Source: an uncultured Thiotrichaceae bacterium (GTDB lineage: Bacteria; Pseudomonadota; Gammaproteobacteria; SZUA-229). Taken from it: DNA of 64,000 bases. This document shows positions 21,846 through 32,309 of the stretch, piece after piece. Location of the stretch: contig CAZHEA010000008.1 of assembly GCA_964531165.1 (NCBI GenBank), positions 140 through 64,139 on the forward strand. Reading direction: 5' to 3'. Both the position numbers and the translations under genes were made by a program. Position 1 is the stretch's first letter. Each line of letters begins with the position of its first letter. Below the pieces are notes generated by a model that worked only from the letters and a program-made list of their open reading frames with translations, made no database searches and was not told the origin of the DNA.

Positions 21846-24800
21846 TTGACAGCACAACAGTTTCAAAGCCATTTTTTACGTCTGATTGCTATTTCATGGC
21901 TATTGCCACCAATGGTTGGATTTTCATTCCTGCTTTATATTGAAGTGTTCTCGTTCGACCAGCTGGTGAGTATGATGTCGACACCATTAAAGCCACTTTT
22001 CCTGATTGGCAGCGTGGTCTTCGCATTACTCTATTTCAAAAACTTTTCAAAATCATTATCAGCATATCTGACTTTAGCCGATGAGAAAAATAGCGTTATT
22101 ACAGAGCGGGCCATCAGACGCTTTCCATTGCATTACTGGCTGGTTTTTGTCGTTTATATTTCAATGGCACCAGCGGCTGCAATTATTAGTCTGGAAATGG
22201 CAACAGATTATGTCGCATTACCGGTTGACTGGTTTCGTATTCATCTGGTTGCACTTATTGTTTCAATTATTGTCGGTTTACCTGTCTTTACCGGTATTTA
22301 CGATTTATTCGGGCGTGCCTTTGGTGGTATAGAGTTACGACGTCCGGTTTTCACTATAAAAACAAAAGTGTTTTTAATCGGCGCGCTTATTCCCTTGTTA
22401 ATCGATACAATGCTGGTTCAATACTACTGGACTCGAACCGGATTTTTTAATACAGAAACTTTTATTATCTGGCTGTTACTTGAAGTGCTTGCGATTGTTG
22501 GTGCTTTATTATTTGTATATAGCTTTAAGCAGTCTCTGTCACCACTAAAAGGATTAATAGACGCACCATTAAATCAGCAGGACAGTAGAATAAAATCCGC
22601 ATCTACAGATGAGTTAGGGATTTTTTCAAATCAGCTGGCGATTCTGTTAAAAGAGCAAAAGCTGCATCAGGATCGTTTGACTTTTAGTAATGAGTTATTA
22701 AAAGCATCACATAGTTATGCCAGCCTTGCAAAATTGTTAGAAACAATTGTGAATCGAACCCGCGATGCGCTGTGTGCCGATATCTGTTTTTTAAGCTTAT
22801 ATGATTCAAACAAAAATAAACTGGTATGTGTAGCGCATAGCGATGCCGGGTATAAAGCAGATGGATATTTTAAAATAGCATTCGATGAAGTTTCTATTCA
22901 TGTTGATGTTTTTAAATCGTCGAAGCCCCGTGTTATTGATAATGTGGTGGACGATCAAAATTGCCATAGTGAATTAAAGAAAAAGTTTAATTTAAAGTCG
23001 TCTGCAGCGGTACCTCTGATTGCCGATCAGACAATAATTGGTGTATTGCAAATCGCAACAACACATAAAATGCATCATTATGATGAGCATGAAATAAAAA
23101 TAATGCAGGCATTTGCGCAGGAAGCAGCCATTATTCAAACTTTCTTTGAGGGTTTGAAACAGCGTCATAAAGCAGAATCGGCAATAACGCAAATAATGGA
23201 GGCGGTGTCCACGGCAACCGGTGCAGATTTTTTTACCGCTATGACTGAGCACATGGCAGAAATTTTAAAAGCAGATTCCTGTGGTGTCGTGCAAATTATT
23301 CCAGATAGATCCGGTGTGGTTGAAACGCTAGCTTATTTTTACGACGGTAAAATTTTGCCTAATACTCAATACCCGTTACAGGGGACTCCCTGTGAAACGA
23401 TTATCGGCAAACAGACACAAACCTATGCCAGGGATGTTCAGAATAGTTTCCCGCAGGATACTCACCTTTGTGAAACCAGCATGGAAAGCTATGTGGGCAT
23501 TCCGCTGTTCGACTCGCATAAAAAACCGTTGGGGCTTTTGTTCGCGATGTTTCGAGATCCAATTGAAAATGTCGAATTTAACGAAAGCGTTATGCGTATT
23601 TTTGCTGCCCGTACTTCAGCCGAAATCGAGCGTATGCAAACTGAAGATCATATAAGGCACATGGCTTATTATGATGGCTTAACCAATTTACCCAACCGGG
23701 AATTTTTGCTGGACAGGCTACAACAAGCTATAGCACATGCAAAAAGACATCATTCGCGTTTAACTGTGATGATGCTGGATTTAGATAATTTTAAAAAAAT
23801 TAATGATTCATTAGGGCATCCGGTAGGTGATGGCCTGTTGAAAGAAGTGGCGTGCCGATTACAAAAATGCATACGAAAGGAAGATACTGTTGCACGACTC
23901 GGTGGTGATGAATTTGTGATTTTGCAGGCAGATTTCGAAACTCGGGAAAGTGCAATCAACCATATTAACCGGATTGCGAAACAGCTGCATGAGTCGCTTA
24001 AAAGTCACTACCAAATTGCAGAGCATACGTTAATGATTAGTACAAGCTGTGGGGTCTCAATTTATCCGGATGATGGTGATAGTGCGGAGTTGTTAATTAA
24101 ACATGCGGATACGGCACTCTATAAAGCCAAAGAAAATGGTCGCGATAATTATCAGTTTTTTTCTAATGAAATGAATGTGGCGGCAATGGAGCGTCTTGAA
24201 ATGGAGTCGGCAATTCATCATGCAATTAAGCTTAAGCAGTTTGAAGTGGCATACCAACCAAAGGTTTCAGTTGATGGTAACTGTATCATTGGAGCGGAAA
24301 TTCTACTTCGTTGGAATCATCCTGATCTTGGTTATATTTCACCGGAGCGGTTTATTTCAGTGGCGGATGAAACCGGGCAGATAATTGAATTAGGTGATTT
24401 TATTTTTCAGGAAGCCTGTAAAAAAACCAGTGAGCTCTGGTGTGGCGTTCAGTGTTGTGATGAGATTTACAGTCTTTCAGTTAATGTTAGTCCGCGTCAA
24501 TTTCATCAGGATGACTTTGTCGATAAAGTGCAGCGAACATTACAAAAATATAATACTAATCCAGAGTGTATTGAGCTTGAGGTTACTGAAAATATATTGA
24601 TTGAAGACACTGAAAAAGTGAGTGAAAAACTAAGTATATTGAAGAAAATGGGAATAAAAATTTCCATTGATGACTTCGGTACAGGTTATGCGTCGTTGCG
24701 ATATTTACAAAAGCTGCCGATTGATATGATTAAAATAGATCGTTCATTTATTGATCATATTAATGATAGCTCTAATGACCTTGCAATAGTGAAAACGATT

Positions 24801-24983
24801 ATAACCATGGCTGAAAATTTAAATTTAAAGGTTATTGCTGAAGGTGTAGAGACTCAGCAACAGTTAAATATTTTAAAGAACTTGAATTGTGAATATTATC
24901 AGGGATATTTATTCAGTAAGCCGGTGAACTGTGATAAATTTGTTGCGATGGTGAAAAACCAACGTAAGCAGATTGGTGCCTGA
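21846..24983 (+). CDS. Membrane-anchored GAF-GAF-GGDEF-EAL signalling protein
   Basis: A multi-TM N-terminus, two GAF-like regions, RKED-x5-GGDEF (I-site plus active site), and EAL-domain motifs (ELEVTE, DDFGTGYASL, KIDRSF, EGVET, QGYLFSKP). TTG start. Confidence 0.9.
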   Translation: MTAQQFQSHFLRLIAISWLLPPMVGFSFLLYIEVFSFDQLVSMMSTPLKPLFLIGSVVFALLYFKNFSKSLSAYLTLADEKNSVITERAIRRFPLHYWLVFVVYISMAPAAAIISLEMATDYVALPVDWFRIHLVALIVSIIVGLPVFTGIYDLFGRAFGGIELRRPVFTIKTKVFLIGALIPLLIDTMLVQYYWTRTGFFNTETFIIWLLLEVLAIVGALLFVYSFKQSLSPLKGLIDAPLNQQDSRIKSASTDELGIFSNQLAILLKEQKLHQDRLTFSNELLKASHSYASLAKLLETIVNRTRDALCADICFLSLYDSNKNKLVCVAHSDAGYKADGYFKIAFDEVSIHVDVFKSSKPRVIDNVVDDQNCHSELKKKFNLKSSAAVPLIADQTIIGVLQIATTHKMHHYDEHEIKIMQAFAQEAAIIQTFFEGLKQRHKAESAITQIMEAVSTATGADFFTAMTEHMAEILKADSCGVVQIIPDRSGVVETLAYFYDGKILPNTQYPLQGTPCETIIGKQTQTYARDVQNSFPQDTHLCETSMESYVGIPLFDSHKKPLGLLFAMFRDPIENVEFNESVMRIFAARTSAEIERMQTEDHIRHMAYYDGLTNLPNREFLLDRLQQAIAHAKRHHSRLTVMMLDLDNFKKINDSLGHPVGDGLLKEVACRLQKCIRKEDTVARLGGDEFVILQADFETRESAINHINRIAKQLHESLKSHYQIAEHTLMISTSCGVSIYPDDGDSAELLIKHADTALYKAKENGRDNYQFFSNEMNVAAMERLEMESAIHHAIKLKQFEVAYQPKVSVDGNCIIGAEILLRWNHPDLGYISPERFISVADETGQIIELGDFIFQEACKKTSELWCGVQCCDEIYSLSVNVSPRQFHQDDFVDKVQRTLQKYNTNPECIELEVTENILIEDTEKVSEKLSILKKMGIKISIDDFGTGYASLRYLQKLPIDMIKIDRSFIDHINDSSNDLAIVKTIITMAENLNLKVIAEGVETQQQLNILKNLNCEYYQGYLFSKPVNCDKFVAMVKNQRKQIGA

Positions 24984-25035
24984 TATTATTAAATATAAAA
25001 CTACGTATTAGCGCACGCGATTAGCGCCCGGGTAA

Positions 25036-25548
25036 TTATTTTAAGATTTTTAATAAAACATAAACTGCCCCGGTTCCGCCGTCACGTGGAATCGTGCTGA
25101 CAAAAGCCAGTACTTGCGGAATGCTTTGTAACCATTTATTTACCATGGCTTTCAATACCGGTTGATTGTCGTTCGAGTTATAGCCCTTACCATGAACTAT
25201 GCGTACCAGTTTATAAGATTGCTGTTGGGCATGGTCTAAAAAATCCAGTAGGAGTGTTCGTGCATCATCTCTGCGGTAGCCGTGTAAATCAAGATGATCT
25301 TCAACTGCGATTTTTCCATTACGAATTTGTTTAAGATAAGACTTTTGTATCCCCGGGCGTATAAATTCTAAAAAATCTTCACAGTCGGTAATAAATTCAT
25401 CACTTAACGTGTCCGCAATGTTTTTTTCAATAGCCTGTGAACGCTTTTTTATGGCCGTGGGGTTGGGTTTCAAACTGACCTTATTAGATGCAAGCGAGTT
25501 CACCCCCTGCATGGCCTGACTGAAAAGATGGTTGTCATCGTCTTTCAT
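25036..25548 (-). CDS. Smr domain protein
   Basis: The C-terminal LDLHGYRRDDARTLL...RIVHGKG matches the Smr/MutS2 C-terminal nuclease domain. Confidence 0.8.
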   Translation of the reverse strand: MKDDDNHLFSQAMQGVNSLASNKVSLKPNPTAIKKRSQAIEKNIADTLSDEFITDCEDFLEFIRPGIQKSYLKQIRNGKIAVEDHLDLHGYRRDDARTLLLDFLDHAQQQSYKLVRIVHGKGYNSNDNQPVLKAMVNKWLQSIPQVLAFVSTIPRDGGTGAVYVLLKILK

Positions 25549-25619
25549 AATTGTTTTAACTCTGTGAAATGCCGCCTTAATTCTATATTATGGGTATCTT
25601 ACCTATTGAGTGATTTCCT

Positions 25620-26366
25620 GTGCAAATTTTATTAAGTAATGATGATGGCTATCTGGCGCCGGGTTTGGCCATACTGGCGAATTGCCTGTCTAAACTGGGC
25701 GATTTGTCTGTGGTGGCACCGGACCGCAATCGCAGTGCAGCGAGTAATTCACTGACTTTATCCCGGCCATTGAATGTACAGCTGGCGGATAATGGTTTTT
25801 ATAAAGTAGATGGCACGCCAACAGACTGTGTGCATCTGGCGATTACCGGTATTCTGGAGTCAGAGCCGGATATTGTTATTTCCGGCCCCAATGATGGCCC
25901 CAATATGGGCGATGATGTGCTGTATTCGGGAACCGTAGCGGCGGCAACAGAAGGGCGTTTTCTAGGGCTGCCAGCGATTGCGGTATCAATGGGCAGCTTT
26001 GATCCGCAGCATTTTGATACTGCCTGCTGGGCAATCGAAAAGTTGATTGCCAAATTACAGCGCCAGCCACTTACTGAAGACACCATTCTAAATGTGAATG
26101 TACCGGACTTACCGGTGTCGCAAATTAAAGGCTTTCAATGCACGCGATTGGGCAATCGACATAAGTCTTCCGGTGTAATCAAGCAGATAAATCCACGTGG
26201 AGAGGCTGTGTATTGGGTTGGTCCCCCCGGTGAAGAGCAGGATGCGGGTGAAGGGACCGATTTTTATGCAGTAAAGCAGGGATTTATTTCAGTTACCCCT
26301 TTGCAGATTGATTTAACACGGTATGATAGCCAGCAAAATTTGCATCACTGGTTAAGTGACATATAA
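25620..26366 (+). CDS. surE: 5'/3'-nucleotidase SurE
   Basis: MQILLSNDDG N-terminus, GTP.DCV, and the GPN.G.N.G.DV.YSGTV motif. GTG start. Confidence 0.95.
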   Translation: MQILLSNDDGYLAPGLAILANCLSKLGDLSVVAPDRNRSAASNSLTLSRPLNVQLADNGFYKVDGTPTDCVHLAITGILESEPDIVISGPNDGPNMGDDVLYSGTVAAATEGRFLGLPAIAVSMGSFDPQHFDTACWAIEKLIAKLQRQPLTEDTILNVNVPDLPVSQIKGFQCTRLGNRHKSSGVIKQINPRGEAVYWVGPPGEEQDAGEGTDFYAVKQGFISVTPLQIDLTRYDSQQNLHHWLSDI

Positions 26367-26450
26367 ATCATAATACCCGCAGACGCGAACTAACCATTAT
26401 TTTCATCAGATTTCCACGTAGGTTTTCATGTGTAACAGGCTTATAAAATA

Positions 26451-27125
26451 GTGAATTTATCAGATCCCAGAGTGCAGGGTATAGGCATGACATCTCAACG
26501 AACCCGTGACCGGCTGGTTGAGCGTTTACGTGATAAAGGCATTCAGAATGAGCAGGTGCTGAATGTTATACGGCAGATGCCGCGCCACTTATTTGTGGAT
26601 GAAGCCATGAGTTCACGTTCGTATGAAGACTCATCCTTACCGATTGGTCATGGACAAACCATCTCTCAGCCGTTTATCGTTGCGCGCATGACCGAAGTTT
26701 TGTTGAGCCGGGGTGTGCCTGATGCAGTACTAGAAGTGGGTACAGGGTCAGGCTATCAGGCGGCGATACTGTCGCAGCTGGTGCCCAAAGTTTATTCGGT
26801 GGAACGTATTGTAGCGCTCCAGACACAGGCACGAGAGCGTTACCATATGCTGGGTATACATAATATCTCATTAAAGCATTCAGATGGTTCCTGGGGCTGG
26901 CCACAGCATGCACCCTATAAAGCTATTATTGTTACCGCTGCTCCGGAAGAAGTACCTCAGGGGCTGCTGGATCAGCTGGATATTGGTGGCATGATGGTGA
27001 TTCCGGTAGGAGGGCAGCAGGGCATCCAGAAGCTATTGCTGATTACCCGTGAGGCAGACCAGTTTGTCGAACAAGAGCTGGATGCGGTGAAGTTTGTTCC
27101 GATGCTTAAAGGTGCTTTACTGTGA
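26451..27125 (+). CDS. pcm: Protein-L-isoaspartate O-methyltransferase
   Basis: GQTISQP and VLEVGTGSGYQAA SAM motifs, and the surE-pcm-nlpD-rpoS synteny. Confidence 0.95.
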   Translation: MNLSDPRVQGIGMTSQRTRDRLVERLRDKGIQNEQVLNVIRQMPRHLFVDEAMSSRSYEDSSLPIGHGQTISQPFIVARMTEVLLSRGVPDAVLEVGTGSGYQAAILSQLVPKVYSVERIVALQTQARERYHMLGIHNISLKHSDGSWGWPQHAPYKAIIVTAAPEEVPQGLLDQLDIGGMMVIPVGGQQGIQKLLLITREADQFVEQELDAVKFVPMLKGALL

Positions 27126-27700
27126 TATTTGCAGGGCTCTACAACCGGGCAATGCACTGGGCCGAACATAAGCATCGTGAGCGTTATCTGGTTGGAGTCA
27201 GCCTGTTTGAATCGTTTATATTTCCGTTGCCCACCGCCTTATTAATGATACCGATGGTGATTGCTACACCGGATAAAGCCATCCGTCTGGCCACCATTAC
27301 TACTTTGATGTCGGTGTTTGGTGCGGCGATTGGTTATTTGTTGGGCTGGGGTGCGATGAATTATATCGAGCCCTGGATTACGCAGATGGGCTGGTTGCCA
27401 CAGCTGGAAGTGGCCCGCGAAGAATTTGTAAAATATGGTGTGTTAGCGGTGGGTATAGGCGCTTTCACCCCGGCACCGTTTAAAATATTTACGCTGACAG
27501 CGGGCATGCTTTCCATGTCATTTATACCGTTTTTGCTGGTTTCGCTGGTGGGTCGTGCTGCACACTTTTATATGATTGCCTTACTGATGGCCTGGGCGGG
27601 GCCTAAAATGGAACCGCTGGTACGTAAATATATCGAATGGCTGGGTTGGGCTGTTATTCTTTTAGCAGTGGCTGGTTTCTTAATTCATAAATACCTGTAA
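27122..27700 (+). CDS. YqaA/DedA-related inner membrane protein
   Basis: About 5 TM segments with general family resemblance. The start is uncertain (GTG 27122 or ATG 27152). Confidence 0.65.
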   Translation: MIFAGLYNRAMHWAEHKHRERYLVGVSLFESFIFPLPTALLMIPMVIATPDKAIRLATITTLMSVFGAAIGYLLGWGAMNYIEPWITQMGWLPQLEVAREEFVKYGVLAVGIGAFTPAPFKIFTLTAGMLSMSFIPFLLVSLVGRAAHFYMIALLMAWAGPKMEPLVRKYIEWLGWAVILLAVAGFLIHKYL

Positions 27701-27706
27701 TTACTG

Positions 27707-28738
27707 TTGAGATATTTTATTTCTAAAATCAGACTCTCGTTATTAATATTACTCACAAGTTTATTACTTGCCTGTAGTGATATGCCCAGGCAGTGGGATA
27801 CACAGGGCTATACAGTCAAACGTGGTGACACGCTGTATTCAATTGCCTGGCGTTACGAGAAAGATTATCGTCAGCTGGCTCAAATTAATAATATAACAGC
27901 ACCTTATGCCATATATCCTGGTCAGCGTCTGCGGATGCAGCCGTCCGATAAAGATGGTAGTGCTTTAGAAGAGTCCAGACCACAGGTATTAACTGAAAAG
28001 GTAACCGGTCGTACAGTGGTGGTGGATGAGCCACAAGAAAAAACGGCAGTTAAAACCTCACCAAAAGCAACTCACGTAAAAGTACAGAAAAATGAAACCC
28101 TCTATGCCATTGCACGCCGCGAAGGCTATAGTCATCACCAGTTGGCACGCTGGAACCATCTACGCTCGCCGTATGTACTAAAGCCCGGCCAACGATTACG
28201 CCTAAATCCTCCGCTGAATTCTCTGGGGGATAGATCGAGCAATCCGCAGAGTGCAAAAGCCAGTGTTTCTCAGGCCGCGCCTGTTACTAAGCCACTGGTG
28301 AGGCAGGCAGTAGTCTCTAAGCCGCTGGCAGCAGCCCCGTCTGTGGCTAAGGTGGCGTTACCAGTTAAAGTTGATAGCTGGCATTGGCCGGTTAAAGGCC
28401 GAGTCGTGCAAACTTATAAAGCTAATGACACTGGCAGAAAAGGTATTGGTATCGCGGGTAAGCCGGGTCAGTCAGTAAAGGCCGCGGCCAGTGGCACGGT
28501 AGTGTATAGCGGTAATGGGCTTATCAATTACGGTAACCTGATTATTATAAAACACAGTCATTCCTTTTTAAGTGCTTATGCATACAACCAGTCATTGCTG
28601 GTTAGTGAGGGGGATTCGGTAAAGCGGGGTCAGGCCATCGCAAAAATGGGCAAACGTGATGCCAGGGCTCAATTGCATTTTGAGATTCGCCGTAATGGTA
28701 AGCCGGTAAACCCGTTGTATTACCTTCCTAAGTCATAG
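27707..28738 (+). CDS. nlpD: Murein hydrolase activator NlpD (LysM + M23)
   Basis: Lipobox LLACS, two LysM repeats (YTVKRGDTLYSIA; VKVQKNETLYAIA), and an M23 C-terminus (GIGIAG..G..V.A...G.VVYSG; HFEIR.NGK.VNP). Confidence 0.9.
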   Translation: MRYFISKIRLSLLILLTSLLLACSDMPRQWDTQGYTVKRGDTLYSIAWRYEKDYRQLAQINNITAPYAIYPGQRLRMQPSDKDGSALEESRPQVLTEKVTGRTVVVDEPQEKTAVKTSPKATHVKVQKNETLYAIARREGYSHHQLARWNHLRSPYVLKPGQRLRLNPPLNSLGDRSSNPQSAKASVSQAAPVTKPLVRQAVVSKPLAAAPSVAKVALPVKVDSWHWPVKGRVVQTYKANDTGRKGIGIAGKPGQSVKAAASGTVVYSGNGLINYGNLIIIKHSHSFLSAYAYNQSLLVSEGDSVKRGQAIAKMGKRDARAQLHFEIRRNGKPVNPLYYLPKS

Positions 28739-29069
28739 AGTTTGGTCGTAAAATTTGCAGATTTTGCTATCCAGTCTTCTCACTTGATATTTTCCCTTAT
28801 TTGTATACAGGTTATCCCTGTGTTCGTCTTGTAATAATCACTCGTATGGGTTATTTGTCAAATAAAATATGATAAAAATGGAATAAAATTGATGAAAAGC
28901 AAAATAAATGTGATTTTTTTCTTGTTTTCTATTTTGGTTTAGACTAAAAAGGACTATGAGTTTATGAACAACATAGGCTTACCACTCTTTTCAGAGATAA
29001 ATGAGGAAATGACATAGCGCAATCTAACTTAAAATTATAATAACCTGGCTCACCTGGGGAGGGCTAAAT

Positions 29070-30158
29070 ATGACTGCAATCTGTGAAAAAAAACTACCAG
29101 AAGATTTGAATCAAGCAGGACTAAAGGTTGAAGATGATAATTCAGATATGTATCTGAATGACATTGTCAAAGATGACGAGCTTGAATCACCATTAGAACC
29201 GGCAATAACGGCAAAAGCTAAAACAAAAACAAAAGCTAAAACAAAAGCTAAAACAAAAGTTAAAGCCAAAGCCAAAGAAACACCGGTTAAAAAGAAATAT
29301 TCAGCAACAAGCGTTAATAGAAAGGAAATGGATGCAACTCGTTTGTATCTGCGTGAAATTGAGTTTTCAGCCTTATTGACCGCTAAAGAAGAAGTTTATT
29401 ATTCCCGACTGTCCCGAAAAGGCGTAGGCTCAGCCCGTAAAAAAATGATTGAATGTAATTTGCGCCTGGTGGTGAAAATTGCACGTCGGTATATGAATCG
29501 TGGGCTAGCACTGTTAGACCTCATTGAAGAAGGTAATCTGGGCTTAATACGCGCGGTTGAAAAATTCGATCCTGAAAAAGGCTTTCGCTTTTCAACTTAT
29601 GCTACCTGGTGGATCCGCCAGACCATTGAACGCGCATTAATGAATCAGACCCGCACCATACGCCTCCCCATACACGTTATTAAAGAGCTCAATGTTTACT
29701 TACGTGCATCCCGCAAACTTGAGCAAACATTCGAACATGAGCCAACAGCTGATGAAATTGCCAAGTTAGTTGATCGCCCTGTCGCAAACGTTGAAAAAAT
29801 GCTCGGTCTGCGTGACCGTGTAACGTCGGTTGATGTGCCGGTGGGGAAAGAAAATGATCGCCCATTACTGGAAATTATTCCAGATCAGGTAAACCCGGAA
29901 CCATCTGCTATTTTACAGAATGAAGATGTGATGGCGAACCTTGAAATGTGGCTGAACCAATTGGATGACAAACAGCATCAAGTGGTAATTCGTCGCTTTG
30001 GTTTACATGGCCATGAGCGCACTACGCTGGAAGAAGTGGGTCGTGAACTGGGGGTTACCCGTGAGCGGGTTCGCCAGATTCAGATGGATGCTCTGCGTCA
30101 TCTGCGTAAAATTCTGGAAAGCCACGGTTTTTCAGAAGAGTTATTACTGAATGATTGA
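29070..30158 (+). CDS. rpoS: RNA polymerase sigma factor RpoS with an extended N-terminus
   Basis: Region 2-4 is near-identical by eye to E. coli RpoS ([58 protein letters not shown]). It follows nlpD. Confidence 0.9.
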   Translation: MTAICEKKLPEDLNQAGLKVEDDNSDMYLNDIVKDDELESPLEPAITAKAKTKTKAKTKAKTKVKAKAKETPVKKKYSATSVNRKEMDATRLYLREIEFSALLTAKEEVYYSRLSRKGVGSARKKMIECNLRLVVKIARRYMNRGLALLDLIEEGNLGLIRAVEKFDPEKGFRFSTYATWWIRQTIERALMNQTRTIRLPIHVIKELNVYLRASRKLEQTFEHEPTADEIAKLVDRPVANVEKMLGLRDRVTSVDVPVGKENDRPLLEIIPDQVNPEPSAILQNEDVMANLEMWLNQLDDKQHQVVIRRFGLHGHERTTLEEVGRELGVTRERVRQIQMDALRHLRKILESHGFSEELLLND

Positions 30159-30194
30159 ATGGAATAACTAATAATTATAATCGTGTGATCCTTA

Positions 30195-30220
30195 GGGAGG
30201 CTTCAAGCCTCCCTTTTTTA
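30195..30220 (+). terminator. Rho-independent terminator of rpoS
   Basis: GGGAGGC-TTCAA-GCCTCCC hairpin followed by TTTTTT. Confidence 0.8.
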
Positions 30221-30353
30221 TGGTTAAGCAAAAAAGCGGGAGAATGTAATGCTGTTTGCAAATAACCGAAATGTTTTTAGGTTATATTTCTATATCAGGC
30301 TTTTGTTTGCCCACATTGGTGTTCATTTGCAGTAAATATCTTTTGATTCTCAG

Positions 30354-30722
30354 CTATAAAATAATCCCTGCAATTACCGAGCGGTCTTCAGACACCAGTA
30401 CATTATAGGTACGGCATGCCGCACCCGAATCCATAAATTCTACCCCTACTCCCTGTTCGATAGCCGGTGCATAACTGGCCGGATGTGGAAACACTAATGA
30501 TTTACCGGTGCCGATTAAAATGACTTCCGGTTTATGTGCCAGTAATGCCTGCCAGTTTTCGAGGGTCATATCTTCGATATGTAGAATACCCCAGTTATCA
30601 ATCAGTACATTATTGCCGACAATCAGGCTGTTACTATAAGTTAAATTATTTATATCAATGCTGGTCTCAGTGAAGGCACGAATCACATTAGTGCCAATGG
30701 CATAATCTTCGCTGAATTTCAT
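30354..30722 (-). CDS. Mth938-like (DUF498) domain protein
   Basis: 122 aa whose layout (P.V.LIGTG...MD...A.R.YN.L..E.R.V.A) is typical of the family. Family-level call only. Confidence 0.6.
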   Translation of the reverse strand: MKFSEDYAIGTNVIRAFTETSIDINNLTYSNSLIVGNNVLIDNWGILHIEDMTLENWQALLAHKPEVILIGTGKSLVFPHPASYAPAIEQGVGVEFMDSGAACRTYNVLVSEDRSVIAGIIL

Positions 30723-30868
30723 TTTAGGTTTAGCTCTTTAATAATAGTCGGATGAATTATACAACCATAAATCCCGCTGGTTGTGGAATATAAAAGCATT
30801 TCCCTATATCATCCACTGCAATTAAAAACATTACACGTCAGCACAAACTGACAGCGGAGAATAAATAC

Positions 30869-32179
30869 ATGCAAGCCGTCAAAATTGGTTTAATGGGTCT
30901 GGGTACTGTGGGTGGTGGCACCGCTACGGTGTTACTGAGAAACTGTGAAGAAATTGCACGTCGGGTTGGACGTGAATTACAGGTCGTGCATGTTGCCGCA
31001 CGGGATATTGCTGATCAGACCATTTTAGACGGCTCAAAAGTTAAGTTATCGGATGATGCCAGCACGGTTGTAAACGACCCGGATGTGGATATTGTAGTTG
31101 AGCTGATTGGGGGGTACTCACCGGCTAAAGAGCTGGTGCTCAAAGCCATAGAAAATGGTAAACATGTGGTAACCGCCAATAAGGCTTTAATCGCCATGCA
31201 CGGTGCGGAAATTTTTAAAGCTGCCGAAGCTAAAGGCGTTATCGTGGCTTATGAAGCAGCGGTGGCTGGTGGTATTCCGATTATCAAAGCTATTCGTGAA
31301 GGTTTATCCGCCAATAAAATTGAGTGGATTGCGGGTATTATTAATGGCACGGGCAATTTTATTCTTACCGAAATGCGCGACAAGGGTCGTGATTTTAATG
31401 ATGTGTTAAAAGAAGCACAGGCACTGGGTTATGCGGAAGCCGATCCGACCTTTGATGTTGAAGGCATCGATGCGGCGCATAAGTTGACGATTCTGGCTTC
31501 CTTATCATTTGGCATACCACTGCAATTTGATAAGACCTTTACCGAAGGTATTAGCAAAATCACCCGTGAAGACGTGAATTTTGCCGAAGAGCTGGGATAC
31601 CGTATTAAGCATTTAGGTATAGCGCGTAAAACCGATAAGGGCATAGAAATGCGCGTGCATCCCACATTGATTCCTGAAAAGCGTTTAATCGCCAATGTAG
31701 ACGGCGTTATGAATGCGGTACTGGTTAAAGCTGATGCCGTTGGTCCAACCCTTTATTATGGTGCTGGAGCCGGTGCTGAGCCAACTGCGTCAGCCGTTGT
31801 GGCAGACCTGGTGGATGTTGCTCGCGCAATGGATATTTCAGTTGAAAATCGTGTCCCGAATTTAGGATTTCAGTCATCCGCTTTAGAGGATACCCCAGTG
31901 GTGTCTGCAGATGAGTTTGAAACCTCATATTACGTGCGTATGTTAGCTGATGATCGCCCGGGTGTGCTGGCGGATGTGACTCGCATCTTTGCGGACAACG
32001 ACATTTCAATTGAAGCGGTAATTCAAAAAGAACCTGCTGAAGGCCAGACCCGTGCGTGTTTAATTATGATGACATCGCGTATCATTGAAAAGAATATGTC
32101 ACAGGCGTTGTCAAAAATTGAAGCGCTGGATTCTATTGAGGGTGATGTGGTTAAAATTCGACTGGAGCATTTAGGGTAA
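30869..32179 (+). CDS. hom: Homoserine dehydrogenase with C-terminal ACT domain
   Basis: GLMGLGTVGGG NAD site, a catalytic core (DPTFDVEG.DAAHK), and an ACT-like tail. Confidence 0.93.
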   Translation: MQAVKIGLMGLGTVGGGTATVLLRNCEEIARRVGRELQVVHVAARDIADQTILDGSKVKLSDDASTVVNDPDVDIVVELIGGYSPAKELVLKAIENGKHVVTANKALIAMHGAEIFKAAEAKGVIVAYEAAVAGGIPIIKAIREGLSANKIEWIAGIINGTGNFILTEMRDKGRDFNDVLKEAQALGYAEADPTFDVEGIDAAHKLTILASLSFGIPLQFDKTFTEGISKITREDVNFAEELGYRIKHLGIARKTDKGIEMRVHPTLIPEKRLIANVDGVMNAVLVKADAVGPTLYYGAGAGAEPTASAVVADLVDVARAMDISVENRVPNLGFQSSALEDTPVVSADEFETSYYVRMLADDRPGVLADVTRIFADNDISIEAVIQKEPAEGQTRACLIMMTSRIIEKNMSQALSKIEALDSIEGDVVKIRLEHLG

Positions 32180-32196
32180 AGATTTAAAGCTGTTGT

Positions 32197-32309
32197 GTGC
32201 AAATGAACGCAAACTAACGCAAATAAAAAGCAATAGCGTTAATTAAAGTGTAATGCGCAGCAGGCGCATAAACTAAAAAACATTTGCGTTCATTTGCGTT
32301 CATTTGCGG
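32197..32309. repeat. Small hairpin repeat element, family A, copy 1
   Basis: Termini GCAAATGAACGC (32199-32210) and GCGTTCATTTGC (32286-32297, repeated at 32296-32307), with an internal hairpin ATGCGC-AGCAG-GCGCAT (32253-32269). It aligns along its length with the copy at 58874-58983. Confidence 0.8.
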
